Part shown: piece after piece, positions 9,590 to 19,585 of the stretch | Layout of the letters: every line of letters begins with the position of its first letter | Numbering within the stretch: position 1 is the first letter of the stretch | Source: an uncultured bacterium | Lineage (GTDB): Bacteria > Hydrothermota > UBA3073 > NMUJ01 | Length of the DNA stretch: 54,334 nt | Assembly: GCA_965612795.1 (NCBI GenBank) | Contig: CBFDTI010000003.1 | Coordinates: 1-54,334, forward strand | Direction of reading: 5' to 3' | Notes under the pieces: generated by a model | What the model was told of the DNA's origin: nothing | The model's input: only the letters and a program-made list of their open reading frames with translations | Database searches by the model: none | Position numbers and translations under genes: made by a program

Positions 9590-10482
9590 GTTACCTCCTC
9601 CCTTAAGTTCAATATCTTTGCAATATTGGCATTGGGGTCGATCCTCGGTATTATTTTACCTTCACTTGAAGTTAATAACGTGGTAACACCAGGTCCATGT
9701 CCTGCTATCACGCATGCACTATGAACTATTATCCCTATTGAGATAGCACCCTTCTTATAGATGCGACCGTATGAATGGTCGGCATCCATGATTGCAACAA
9801 TATCGCCGAACCGCAAATCATCCAACCCGTACTTTTTGACAGTATCGTCATCAAACAGCTGTATATCATAGTCACCACTATAGGTTTGTGTTGCACCAAG
9901 CCCTGACCCCATGATCCCTGCTGGTATAACATGTGTAACCGGTACAGAGAGCTTATCATCCTCCACTTTTATATCCATTTTATCTAGTAGCGATGGATCC
10001 ATGTTCATAACCTTGATCTCGGGAAAATCCAGCAGCTTCAAACCCAACCCTATCGCCTTTATGAGTATCTTATCCCCTATAACGAGCTTGTCCAAAATTT
10101 CGTGCTCGAAATCCACCAGCACATGTTCTATCCCACCGTGTTTACCTACTACTGTACCTTTTGCACCCTTGGCGTCACCTGATATTACTATTGCTTCGTT
10201 ACCTACACAGGCGAGCAAGTTGAGCGCAGTATTGGCAGAAGCTCTACCACCGAATTCGGGTTGCTCCTTATTCTTGATGCTGACACCGGGTTCAACGTGA
10301 TCAGCTTCAAACTGGTTTACTAGATCGCCCACACGTACATTGTAGGTTATACCACCGACACCGGGTAAAACCACAGGTTCACCTTTTGGTGTAACCCGAT
10401 ACGGTGGGTAAGATGCGATAGGACTGGATACCTCGCCAACGACTGAGATTTTGACCAATCTATCGACATTTGTACGCAACAT
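9586..10482 (-). CDS. DUF4438-family protein
   Basis: MLRTNVDRLV..., PGVGGITYN, ADHVEPGVS, GKHGGIEH, GSGLG, DYDIQ, GHGPGVT match the conserved DUF4438 (Thermotoga TM1086-like) family as I recall it. Stop overlaps the next ATG. Confidence 0.8.
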   Translation of the reverse strand: MLRTNVDRLVKISVVGEVSSPIASYPPYRVTPKGEPVVLPGVGGITYNVRVGDLVNQFEADHVEPGVSIKNKEQPEFGGRASANTALNLLACVGNEAIVISGDAKGAKGTVVGKHGGIEHVLVDFEHEILDKLVIGDKILIKAIGLGLKLLDFPEIKVMNMDPSLLDKMDIKVEDDKLSVPVTHVIPAGIMGSGLGATQTYSGDYDIQLFDDDTVKKYGLDDLRFGDIVAIMDADHSYGRIYKKGAISIGIIVHSACVIAGHGPGVTTLLTSSEGKIIPRIDPNANIAKILNLREEVT

Positions 10483-10558
10483 TTTACCCCCTTTCGTCTA
10501 TTTCATCAACACCACAACTTATATATGCACAGGACAGTTATCACGTCAACCGAGTTGG

Positions 10559-10585
10559 TTGACACAGCTTTGCTTTCATTAATTT
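10559..10585 (+). promoter_or_regulatory. Putative promoter TTGACA-N15-TAATTT
   Basis: TTGACA 10559-10564, TAATTT 10580-10585, upstream of the 10604 CDS. Confidence 0.6.
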
Positions 10586-10603
10586 ACATGCATAGGGGCT
10601 GCA

Positions 10604-12688
10604 ATGTTATTCGCGATAATTTTGATATCCACATACGATACGCTAACCGTACGCTATGCTGAAGGTATCAAGGTTGATGGCAATGTAGAAGTTCAATGGT
10701 ATCAAGCGGATTCAACATTTGTCTATCGACAGTTCTCCCCGTATTACGATAGTATTAGCACCTACAGGACAGTAGTCAAATGCCTACAGGATAGGGGTAA
10801 CTTATACTTTTTGTTTGATATACACACTGGTGGTGAACAACCCGTCGTTAAGCTTGCAGGTGCTGAGGACAGGGTAACGGTTTACATTGACCCTATGGAC
10901 TCAAAAGTTATGGCATATGGGTTCAGTGTGACAGCATCCAACCAACGCATCGATTGGCTCGTGCTCGATGACGGTAGATGGAGCGATTACACGTGGGCTG
11001 GCGTGTGGGAGAGTGCCACACGTGTTTATCGGAATGGCACAGATAATCGGTTGGTGATCGAAATCAAGATACCGTTTAAGACACTGAGGTTCAGAAATGA
11101 TATAGCGGATTGGGGGATACAGTTTCGTGTGTATTTTCAGCGATATAAAGAAACAAATTATTGGGTGTTACCGGACCAACGTGAGGGGCTTAGGGTATCT
11201 CAATTCGGTACACTTGCGCACGTGAAACCCACAGTTGTGGGTTATGGTATAGAGATCTATCCGGTGGGGCTTACAAAACATACCTTGTATCGAGAAGAAG
11301 AGAAAACGATACCATGGGTGGGGTTAGACTTCACTTGGAAAATATCGCCTTCACTTACACTTAATGTTACCGGGTGGCCGGATTTTGCTGAAATAGAATC
11401 AGACCCCTTCAAGATGAGCCTCAGCAAGTACGAAATCTATTATAGTGAAAGACGACCGTTCTTCCTTGAAGGTAAGGAGATATTCGAGCCTTCCGGGTTT
11501 GGTATCGTGAAGCCTTTCTATTCACGTAGGGTGGGCCGTCGTATGCGTGACGGTACGGGTGAGGTGCCAATACTTGGTGGCCTCAAGCTGACTGGTAAAA
11601 CTCGTAGGTGGGAATTTGGCCTATTATCTGCATACACAGGGGATAAGTTCGGTGATTGGGATACCGCCTATGCTACCCTGTGGAACGTTATCCGCTACAA
11701 ACACTATATTTTTACGAATTCGGAATTTGGAGGTATGTTAGCCACACGTATGGATAAGGGCTCCTCTTACTACGTGGTAGATGTAGACGGTAGTTTGCGA
11801 TCGACCCACGATAACCTGACATATCAGGTGGTTGGCAACCTCAGCCGCTCATCAGCTGGTATCTTCGCCAGCTGCAGGGGTGAGAAACGGTTATCACAGG
11901 AATATACAGTGTTTATGCAATCCACATATACGGGTGAGGGGTTTGACATATCGCCGTTGGGTTATGCGACTACGTTCGCGGGTGATAGAAGTATCTTTCT
12001 GTTCCTCCATAGGATGAAGTTCATATCCAAGGGTAATCTCGACCGCTGGTCATACGGGTTAGGCTACGGTAGCAACAAAGAAGCTAACGAACCTTGGTGC
12101 CATGCTATGTATCTTAATGGTTACTTAGGATTCAGGAAGCCGTTCCCAATACGTGTGAACCTATCCATAGGGGGTGGCAGATTTTACGAATCCGGTACCT
12201 ACTTCTGGGGTAAATCACTAAACTGGAATGTTGGGCTAAAACCCAAACAATATAGCTTCCAGATAGGTGGTTACTATGGATATGGGTGGAACTATCGACG
12301 TAATTTACTCGCCTGGCAAGGTACAATGCGGTTTAGTGCTTATGTACCGTTTTTGGGGAGATTTTCGTTAAATCCGTTCGGCAATTTATGGGTGGAGTTG
12401 GACCCACACGGTAAGTTACTACAGGTTACGATGACGGCTTCGATACACTTCGATATCATCATCACACCTTACATGGATGTAACGATAGCAACCAACCCCG
12501 TCGCTGTGTATGAAAGTGGTAAGCTACAGCTTACACAGGGACGTATAGCATTATTCTACTCGTGGGAATTCAAACCCAAATCCAAGTTCTACTTAGTATG
12601 GAATACGCTCTACACACAAAATGGAAACGGTTGGCAACCTATCGAACAAATAGCGGCAATCAAGCTACGCTGGTTGTTCCTGTTTTAG
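10604..12688 (+). CDS. Outer-membrane protein with N-terminal CBM9/DOMON-like domain and DUF5916-type beta-barrel
   Basis: IKVDG..E..W, W...WESAT, EIKIPFKTLRF (CBM9-like); PDFAEIESD, ERRPFFLEG, FYSRRVG (DUF5916 motifs); C-terminal Phe. Confidence 0.75.
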   Translation: MLFAIILISTYDTLTVRYAEGIKVDGNVEVQWYQADSTFVYRQFSPYYDSISTYRTVVKCLQDRGNLYFLFDIHTGGEQPVVKLAGAEDRVTVYIDPMDSKVMAYGFSVTASNQRIDWLVLDDGRWSDYTWAGVWESATRVYRNGTDNRLVIEIKIPFKTLRFRNDIADWGIQFRVYFQRYKETNYWVLPDQREGLRVSQFGTLAHVKPTVVGYGIEIYPVGLTKHTLYREEEKTIPWVGLDFTWKISPSLTLNVTGWPDFAEIESDPFKMSLSKYEIYYSERRPFFLEGKEIFEPSGFGIVKPFYSRRVGRRMRDGTGEVPILGGLKLTGKTRRWEFGLLSAYTGDKFGDWDTAYATLWNVIRYKHYIFTNSEFGGMLATRMDKGSSYYVVDVDGSLRSTHDNLTYQVVGNLSRSSAGIFASCRGEKRLSQEYTVFMQSTYTGEGFDISPLGYATTFAGDRSIFLFLHRMKFISKGNLDRWSYGLGYGSNKEANEPWCHAMYLNGYLGFRKPFPIRVNLSIGGGRFYESGTYFWGKSLNWNVGLKPKQYSFQIGGYYGYGWNYRRNLLAWQGTMRFSAYVPFLGRFSLNPFGNLWVELDPHGKLLQVTMTASIHFDIIITPYMDVTIATNPVAVYESGKLQLTQGRIALFYSWEFKPKSKFYLVWNTLYTQNGNGWQPIEQIAAIKLRWLFLF

Positions 12689-14062
12689 TACGATCTGACC
12701 GCGCTTGATGACAGCCAGTATCTTGTTTATACCCATATCCACCACTGTGATATCGGCAACATAACCAGGTGCGAGCTTACCATATTCGGTCTCCATAAAG
12801 CATGCATATGCGGGGTATTCAGTGAACCCCAGTATTGCTTCGTCGTAGCTGATATTGAGCTCGGGATTGGGGTGGTGGGTTGCACATTTTATACCAAATA
12901 GCGGATCGATATTTGTCACAGGTGAGTCTGAACCGAACCCCACCTTTATGTTACGATCGAATACTTTACGGAATGGGTTCATATTCATTGCTTTGCTGTA
13001 ACCGAGCCGCTCAACGTAAAGATTGTGGAATACACCTTCGAAGGCAGGTTGCATGGATAACACTATCCCATGACGTGCAACCTGTTCGATCTGCTCGTCG
13101 GTTATACATTCGGCATGCTCGATCCTATGTCGATGTTGAGGCACTCTTTTGTAAGTATCCAACAGTTGACGGATGGCACGTTCACCTATTGCGTGCATCG
13201 CCACCTGTAACCCAGTTTCGGCTGCTTTGCGCACGAATTGTAGCAGCTCATCGTCCGTGAAATATAATATACCACAGGTATCGCTGTCATGATAGGGGGT
13301 ATCCATTGCTGCTGTATGTGAGCTTATTGAGCCATCCACCAGCATACAACCACCTATACGTGGTAAGCCGAGGTCAACAACCGACTCTACATCTCTTGTT
13401 TGCACGTATGGTATCACATCTATCGGTAGGTCATCCTTTAGCTTATCATAAATTTTGTATTCCCTTAAGTTACTGAATAGCCCACAGATTGTTGTCACCC
13501 CATGGTTTATGGCATAGTTGCAGGTCAACTTTATCGCCTGTGCGATTATATCGTCCCCCATAGAGGACTGGATTTTGTACCAGATGGGTTCAAACTCCTC
13601 GCCACGCAATACTTCAGCTGCTGACGTTATACCTAACCTCCTACGTGCAGCAGTGTTCATCACACACGAGTGTAGATCCTCACGGATCACAATTATTGAT
13701 TGTGTTCGTGACACAGTATCGAGCTCACTAGTGGTTGGATACCTCTTCTCACGTAACCTGTGGGGTGCCAACCCATACGCGATTAGTGGTTCATGGTGTA
13801 AGTTCATACTTAGTATTGATAGCACATCGTCGATACATGTGGCTGGTTTGAGGTTGGGATAAACCATCATCACGCCAGTGGTCACCACATGTACATGTGT
13901 ATCCCAAAACCCTGGCAATATATACGCATTGTCGAACGTTTTCACCTCCATATTGGGTGGAAGCTGTGACACGTTTGTCACATCGTATATCCTGTCACCA
14001 TCTATAATCACAGTATCGCGATCTGGATGGTTAAATATTTTGTTGCCCGTAATCGCATACAT
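12665..14062 (-). CDS. Amidohydrolase family 3 (YtcJ-like) metal-dependent hydrolase
   Basis: PGFWDTHVH, DGSISSHTAA, HAIGERA, HRIEHA, GSDSP. Start moved to ATG 14062 (MYAITG). Convergent 24-bp overlap with the 10604 gene. Confidence 0.85.
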   Translation of the reverse strand: MYAITGNKIFNHPDRDTVIIDGDRIYDVTNVSQLPPNMEVKTFDNAYILPGFWDTHVHVVTTGVMMVYPNLKPATCIDDVLSILSMNLHHEPLIAYGLAPHRLREKRYPTTSELDTVSRTQSIIVIREDLHSCVMNTAARRRLGITSAAEVLRGEEFEPIWYKIQSSMGDDIIAQAIKLTCNYAINHGVTTICGLFSNLREYKIYDKLKDDLPIDVIPYVQTRDVESVVDLGLPRIGGCMLVDGSISSHTAAMDTPYHDSDTCGILYFTDDELLQFVRKAAETGLQVAMHAIGERAIRQLLDTYKRVPQHRHRIEHAECITDEQIEQVARHGIVLSMQPAFEGVFHNLYVERLGYSKAMNMNPFRKVFDRNIKVGFGSDSPVTNIDPLFGIKCATHHPNPELNISYDEAILGFTEYPAYACFMETEYGKLAPGYVADITVVDMGINKILAVIKRGQIVLKQEQPA

Positions 14063-14651
14063 CACGTAATTTACATGTTTCACAAAGTGGCCGTATAGGC
14101 CGACATATGGATTTACCAAAATGTACCATTGCGGGGTTGAGTTTTATCCAATATTCCTTAGGGATTAGATGTTTGAGTTGGGTCTCGGTCTCCTCCGGTC
14201 GGCTCGTATGTACGATACCAAGTCTATTCGATATCCTATGTACATGCGTATCTACAGGTAGGGAAGGTTGCTCAAACCCAAACGCTATCACACAGTTAGC
14301 CGTTTTGCGACCTACACCTGGAAGTTTAAGTAGCTCATCGATATCGCATGGTACCTCGCCATTGTATTCGTTCTTCAGTATCTCAGCGATCGCTTTTATC
14401 TTGACAGCTTTCACCCTGTAGAAGCCTACAGGTTTTATGAGTTCGGCTATCTCAGTTATGTCAGCGGTTGCAAGTTCATCTATTGATCTAAACCGCTTAA
14501 ATAATCGATTAGCTGCTGCGTGGGTAACTTCATCCTTTGTCCTGTGTGATAGTAAAGTAGCGATCAGTACTTGCCAGGGTTCGCGTTTACGTCTATGTAT
14601 GGGATATGAAGCAAAGAACTGCACAATACGTGCAAGCTTCGCATCCATCAA
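14031..14651 (-). CDS. nth: Endonuclease III
   Basis: HhH LPGVGRKTA, catalytic VDTHVHR, FCL cluster C-x6-C-x2-C-x5-C (CRPIRPLCETCKLRDVC). Confidence 0.95.
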   Translation of the reverse strand: MMDAKLARIVQFFASYPIHRRKREPWQVLIATLLSHRTKDEVTHAAANRLFKRFRSIDELATADITEIAELIKPVGFYRVKAVKIKAIAEILKNEYNGEVPCDIDELLKLPGVGRKTANCVIAFGFEQPSLPVDTHVHRISNRLGIVHTSRPEETETQLKHLIPKEYWIKLNPAMVHFGKSICRPIRPLCETCKLRDVCDYGQQNI

Positions 14652-15922
14652 TCCGGTGTAAGCTTCCTACGTACCCCTATCATATAGCCGATGTTCACGG
14701 GTATCATGAACGGACAATACTTTATACTCCGTATGATACGACGTAATACTCTCAACGGTGAGTAAAATGCCTTATACGCATAGTTGAGCCCATCCATGAG
14801 CTCTTTGGGGGTCATGTTCTTGGGTTTATACACCACATGTAACGCATCATATTTTGACCAATCATACGTTGTGATCCTATTCTCTCTTTGGAGTTTATCA
14901 AACAACCTCGTCCCCGGCAATGGTGTAAGTATCGAGAATATTGCTGCATCTACCTGCGCCCTATCGAGGAAATTGACCGTACGCTGAAATACATGCTTAT
15001 CATCTGCATCCATACCGAACATCATCGATGCTATCACCGCGATACCAAATTTATGCAACAGGTTGATTATTTTCTTGTAATCCACGAGATTGAACGCCTT
15101 GTTTATCTCCTGTAGTGCCTTTTTCGATATGGTTTCAAACCCAATGAATAGTGCACGGCAGCCACTTTTGGCAGCAAGCTTAATGAGTTCCACGTTTTTG
15201 AGTGTGTTGAGTGAAGCTTCGCCACCCCACTTGATCCTCAGTGGCGTAAGTGCTTTGAATAGTTGTTTGGCATATTTGATGTTGGCAAATATGTTGTCGT
15301 CCACAAATATAACGAACCGCTTACCGAACTTTTTGATCTCTTCGACCACCTTCTCGACGGGTTTCACCCGTATCTTGCGACCAAAAAATGTCGATACTGA
15401 GCAGAATGAACAGGCATTAGGACAACCACGTGTTGCCTGAATGAACATCACATAACGTGACCGCTGTGGTAATAAATCCCAGCGTGGCATGGGTGTGGTG
15501 CTGAGGTCACACAGCTGCCCTTTGTAGATGGGTTTAAGCCCATTATTTGATGCATCTTCTAACACTTTTTGCCAGACGGGTTCGGCTTCACCTACAACTA
15601 CGGAATCGCTAAACCTAAGTGCTTCATCCGTCATAAACGATGGATGCATACCACCAAGTACAACCTTGGTACCACGTTTACGAAACTCGGTCGCTATCTC
15701 ATACGCACGTGGTGCGTTACAGGTGAGCGCAGTTATAGCAACCAAATCATAGCGGTGGTTGAAGTCTATTTTACTGTAACGTTCGTCGATAATATGTATC
15801 TCATGTTCACGCGGGGTTAACCCTGCTATCGTGAGCAAGTTCAACGGTGGTGTCCTGTATATGGGACGTTCTTTGCGATTATATTTAGCATAACGGTTGG
15901 GGTAGATTAAGGCTATTTTCAT
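14648..15922 (-). CDS. B12-binding-domain radical SAM protein
   Basis: N-terminal cobalamin-binding-like domain (VVLGGMHPS, VVVGEAE) and CxxxCxxC (RGCPNACSFC), FVDDN, IGFE, TPLPGT. Confidence 0.9.
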   Translation of the reverse strand: MKIALIYPNRYAKYNRKERPIYRTPPLNLLTIAGLTPREHEIHIIDERYSKIDFNHRYDLVAITALTCNAPRAYEIATEFRKRGTKVVLGGMHPSFMTDEALRFSDSVVVGEAEPVWQKVLEDASNNGLKPIYKGQLCDLSTTPMPRWDLLPQRSRYVMFIQATRGCPNACSFCSVSTFFGRKIRVKPVEKVVEEIKKFGKRFVIFVDDNIFANIKYAKQLFKALTPLRIKWGGEASLNTLKNVELIKLAAKSGCRALFIGFETISKKALQEINKAFNLVDYKKIINLLHKFGIAVIASMMFGMDADDKHVFQRTVNFLDRAQVDAAIFSILTPLPGTRLFDKLQRENRITTYDWSKYDALHVVYKPKNMTPKELMDGLNYAYKAFYSPLRVLRRIIRSIKYCPFMIPVNIGYMIGVRRKLTPD

Positions 15923-15928
15923 CTATTT

Positions 15929-15955
15929 AAAATAACCGAGCTAAAAATTTTTCAA
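15929..15955 (-). promoter_or_regulatory. Putative promoter TTGAAA-N15-TATTTT, 6 nt before the radical SAM ATG (leaderless)
   Basis: Minus strand reads ttgaaa aatttttagctcggt tatttt aaatag ATG; no Shine-Dalgarno. Confidence 0.55.
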
Positions 15956-15995
15956 CCACAAACTTCCTAAGTTGGCTAACCAACCGTGGATTAGC

Positions 15996-18638
15996 TCACA
16001 AGCCAGCAAGCTCGAACAAAAATCTTGACGGTTTCATCTTACGAGTATAACGTAACCTGGGATATGACAGGTAGACATGTTCGGTTGCACGTGTAAGTGC
16101 CACATAGAACAGGCGACGTTCTTCGTCAAGCTCATCGGGATCGAGTGTCGCACGCATAAGCGGAAATATATCATCGGTAAGTGACACAAGGAACACAACC
16201 TTAAACTCTAACCCCTTTGCTTGGTGTGCGGTGAGCAGCTTCACAGTATCCTTACCCCACTGTGCAACCTGCAGCTCTTCGAGTAACGCGATATGGTTTA
16301 AGAACTCACGTATTTCACCCCTACCGAAACCACGTGCAGCGTTGATCAGCTCCTCCAGGTTATATGCGCGGTTGATATCGCTTATCTCTTGGGCTACCTT
16401 CAACTTAGGTACAAAGCCTGAATCTATCAGCACGATTTCGAGTATCTCTGATACACCGAACTGCGAAGGTTCCCTCAGTATGGTGTTGAACCGTTCAAGG
16501 TACGATGTTAACCTCTCTTTATCTAATGCATTGGGTAGTTCACCCTTAAGCACAATCTGTTTATTCTTTATGCCGAAACATTTCTTGTAGGTTTTAGGTA
16601 GCATCAACACCCACATGATGAAATCCACCATACCTTGATAGCTGCCAGTGGTTAGACGTTCGAGGAACTTGATACACCTTTTGATTTCACGTCTTGCGTA
16701 GAAAGTTTCACCTTCCACCAACATGTACGGTATGTTGAAACTCGATAGCGTGTTTTCGAACACCGAAGATATTGCATTTATCCTATAAATTATTGCGATA
16801 TCCGAGAACTTAAACCCATGCTTCTTGACGAGCTCCTCAATCTGTGCACCTACCTGCCAAGCTTCTTCGGACTCGTTCTCATAAGATTGTAGCTCTATCT
16901 TGCCTTCGGTTTCACGTAAGCTGATACTGGGATGTGTCTCACCCTCTATTTTGCTAACCAATGTCTGTGCTGCATTCAGTATCTTCTTAGGTATACGAAA
17001 GTTATTTGTCAACAAGTATACCTTTACCTGTGGGAAGTCACGTTCCACACGCTCCCTGAACCTATGCATACCGCCACGCCAGCTGTAGATGGATTGATTC
17101 TCATCACCTGTAAAGAAGATGTTTCCACCCGCAAGCAGCTTTATCAATTCATACTGTGCAGGCGTCAGATCTTGTAGCTCATCTGCGAACACCCACTTAA
17201 ATATCCCACGATAATGTGCACCGATGTCGGGTTCACGTAACGCCTGTACACCGTAGTAGATGAGATCAGATAGATCCATCATCTGCTTATCCTTAAGTGC
17301 ACGTTGATATCTATCGTATATCTCAGCACACTCGTGATCCCATTCGCTGCGTGCAAGTTGTTTGGCACGTTCGGGTGATATGAGGTTTGCTTTGTAGAGT
17401 TCGATACGTTCAAGCATCGCCTCTATCCTTGATAGCTCCTCACCTTTGGCGATACTACGTAATACATGCCAGGCATTGATTATGGAGAAATCCTCCTTAA
17501 ACCCTAATCTTTTACCATCGTGTTTCAATATCCTATACGCCAAGGTATGTACTGTATCGACCACGAGGTTACGTAACTCTTTACCTATGATGTGTTCCAG
17601 CCGTGTTCGCATATCGTCGACAGCACGCCTAGTGAACCCCACTATTAGAAAGGAACCGGGGTCCTCACCTTCACGTAACAGCTTAGCTACCCTATAGATA
17701 AGTGTAACGGTTTTACCGGTACCGGGGCCACCCAACACCAGTATTTGAGGTGCGTCGGAGTTGATAATCTCCTCCTGCTGTGGTGTGAGGACTATCTCCT
17801 CTTCGAATACCTCGATAGGTGATTTGACAACTTCAACCGCCACACCACTTTTGCGACCCGGTGACAATATTGCGGATTTGAACTCATCTGCTGTGCTGAA
17901 ACGTGCCTCTGGATCTTTATCAATCGCCTTTCTTATCACCTTATCGATATGTGCAGGTACTTTGGGGTTGAATACCGTAACTTTGGGTGGATAGCTATTG
18001 AAAATCTTCTCACGAATATCGTCAAGACTATCACCAAGGAAGGCTGGCTTACCGGTGAGCATCTCGTAGAATATAACACCTGCTGAGTAGATGTCAGATT
18101 GTTGGTAAAACTTACCACGCCATGCCTCAGGTGCCATGTATATCGGTGTACCTGCTATGCTGGCAGATAGGCTACCCTCGCGTACGAATTTACCTAACCC
18201 AAAGTCTGTAATCTTAACTGTATCGTCACTTGTTATCAATATATTTTCGGGTTTGAGGTCACGATGTATCACACCACGTTTATGTGCGTAATGGATAGCG
18301 TCCAACATCTGTACCATGTAATGGATGGCCTTATCCCACGGTAGCTTACCTTTGGTGAGCATATCGCGAAGCGATTTACCGCGAATGTATTCCATGACCA
18401 GCACGAGTTTACCTTCGATTATGTCGATATTGAAAAACCGTACGATGTTGGGGTGGTTCAACGAAGCTAACAGCTTGGCCTCATCCTTTAGCATGACAAT
18501 ATCCTGTTCACGCATACGGGCAACCTTTATGGCGAACTCACGTTCGAGTATGGTATCCCATACTAAATATACGTCACCAAACTGGCCACCCCCTAACCAC
18601 GCATTTATCTTGTACTTACCCAGCTGGGTGAGTATCAT
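15996..18638 (-). CDS. Hanks-type Ser/Thr protein kinase fused to UvrD/PcrA-family SF1A helicase
   Basis: Kinase (about aa 1-260): LGGGQFGDVY, FAIK, HRDLKPEN, DFG, GTPIYMAPE. Helicase (about aa 283-880): LTPQQ, GGPGTGKT, FTRRA, DELQD, GDENQSIYSWRG, TAHQAKGLEF, EERRLFYVALTRA, PSRFL. One continuous ORF. Confidence 0.92.
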   Translation of the reverse strand: MILTQLGKYKINAWLGGGQFGDVYLVWDTILEREFAIKVARMREQDIVMLKDEAKLLASLNHPNIVRFFNIDIIEGKLVLVMEYIRGKSLRDMLTKGKLPWDKAIHYMVQMLDAIHYAHKRGVIHRDLKPENILITSDDTVKITDFGLGKFVREGSLSASIAGTPIYMAPEAWRGKFYQQSDIYSAGVIFYEMLTGKPAFLGDSLDDIREKIFNSYPPKVTVFNPKVPAHIDKVIRKAIDKDPEARFSTADEFKSAILSPGRKSGVAVEVVKSPIEVFEEEIVLTPQQEEIINSDAPQILVLGGPGTGKTVTLIYRVAKLLREGEDPGSFLIVGFTRRAVDDMRTRLEHIIGKELRNLVVDTVHTLAYRILKHDGKRLGFKEDFSIINAWHVLRSIAKGEELSRIEAMLERIELYKANLISPERAKQLARSEWDHECAEIYDRYQRALKDKQMMDLSDLIYYGVQALREPDIGAHYRGIFKWVFADELQDLTPAQYELIKLLAGGNIFFTGDENQSIYSWRGGMHRFRERVERDFPQVKVYLLTNNFRIPKKILNAAQTLVSKIEGETHPSISLRETEGKIELQSYENESEEAWQVGAQIEELVKKHGFKFSDIAIIYRINAISSVFENTLSSFNIPYMLVEGETFYARREIKRCIKFLERLTTGSYQGMVDFIMWVLMLPKTYKKCFGIKNKQIVLKGELPNALDKERLTSYLERFNTILREPSQFGVSEILEIVLIDSGFVPKLKVAQEISDINRAYNLEELINAARGFGRGEIREFLNHIALLEELQVAQWGKDTVKLLTAHQAKGLEFKVVFLVSLTDDIFPLMRATLDPDELDEERRLFYVALTRATEHVYLSYPRLRYTRKMKPSRFLFELAGL

Positions 18639-19525
18639 CGAGCCGCGGCAAACAGGTGGACTGGGTTACCCTCCCCATGTAATGTCATACGTGCAGCTAC
18701 TTTATCGTTGAGCTTACGTGCCTCATGTGCGATACCTACACCGGGGTAGGTCTCCCAACCATCTTCCCAGATGGTGTTGAAAAACTCACGTAGGGTGTCG
18801 ATATCTGCACTCGTAGGTGCAGCAAATGCTATGCTTTCGAGTGCATAGCTTTTAAGCAGTTGTGGTAGGTATTTATCGAATAGAGTCGGGGATGCAAATA
18901 TATCGGCAAAACATCTCTTACCCATTTTCACTATCATACCTACGTAATGGGGGTTGGATTCAAACTCCTTGCAGTATTCCTCCAACAGATCGTGCAGGCT
19001 AGTGAACGCATCATGTAGCGATTGTGTACGTGAACGTACCTTAAGTGATTCCAAAGTATGGGCTACTGAATGCCATATGCGGGATTGGTTGGTATCAAAC
19101 CTACGTGTGGCACGAAGTGATTGTGTCACATCTTCGAGCAACATCGCACGTAACGATGGATACGATGTGGTATTACCAGCGGCAAACGTCAGCTCACCTG
19201 ACCAACGTGATCGCTCGACACAACTTACGGGTACATCAACCTCACTGCGTTCAGCTATGAGTGCAGCTGTATTAAGTATGCGGTTCTGGTAGCCACCGAC
19301 GATCTCCTCGCCATCGATAAGATAGAGTGGATTAGGGCCATCGTATGCGATATGTATGGTGGGTATCGTGGGCGAACTTGCTTCTGAGATACGTACCCAG
19401 TTATTGGCCTGTGCCTCACGTAATGTGACAATATCTGTGCCGTTACCATTGCTGCCAATCACCGGGACAATAAACAGGTTACGTATGAACCGCGGCTCAC
19501 CTAACTTAAGGTTTTCGTGCCACAT
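18635..19525 (-). CDS. ARPP-1/DUF6569-like protein
   Basis: LYLIDGEEIVGGYQNRILN, VPVSCVERSRW, QSRIW, DIFASPTLF...LLKSYALE match the ARPP-1 (DUF6569) family pattern as I recall it. Stop overlaps the kinase-helicase ATG (ATGA). Confidence 0.75.
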   Translation of the reverse strand: MWHENLKLGEPRFIRNLFIVPVIGSNGNGTDIVTLREAQANNWVRISEASSPTIPTIHIAYDGPNPLYLIDGEEIVGGYQNRILNTAALIAERSEVDVPVSCVERSRWSGELTFAAGNTTSYPSLRAMLLEDVTQSLRATRRFDTNQSRIWHSVAHTLESLKVRSRTQSLHDAFTSLHDLLEEYCKEFESNPHYVGMIVKMGKRCFADIFASPTLFDKYLPQLLKSYALESIAFAAPTSADIDTLREFFNTIWEDGWETYPGVGIAHEARKLNDKVAARMTLHGEGNPVHLFAAAR

Positions 19526-19532
19526 CTCAATA

Positions 19533-19559
19533 AATTTAACCCAAAAATCTTACCGTCAA
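19533..19559 (-). promoter_or_regulatory. Putative promoter TTGACG-N15-TAAATT, 7 nt before the ARPP-1 ATG (leaderless)
   Basis: Minus strand reads ttgacg gtaagatttttgggt taaatt tattgag ATG. Confidence 0.6.
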
Positions 19560-19585
19560 ATGTCCACTTTTACTTTAAATAGCTA

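Noticed and set aside
10490-10512. Hammerhead-like TGATGA...GAAA on the minus strand upstream of DUF4438
   Set aside because: The core is UUGAUGA rather than CUGAUGA, and the 7 intervening nt cannot form stem II.
12665-19525. Treating ARPP-1, kinase-helicase, radical SAM, nth and amidohydrolase as one five-gene system
   Set aside because: A 73-bp gap with its own promoter (15929-15955) separates the last three genes. A functional link to nth is possible but not supported by sequence alone.
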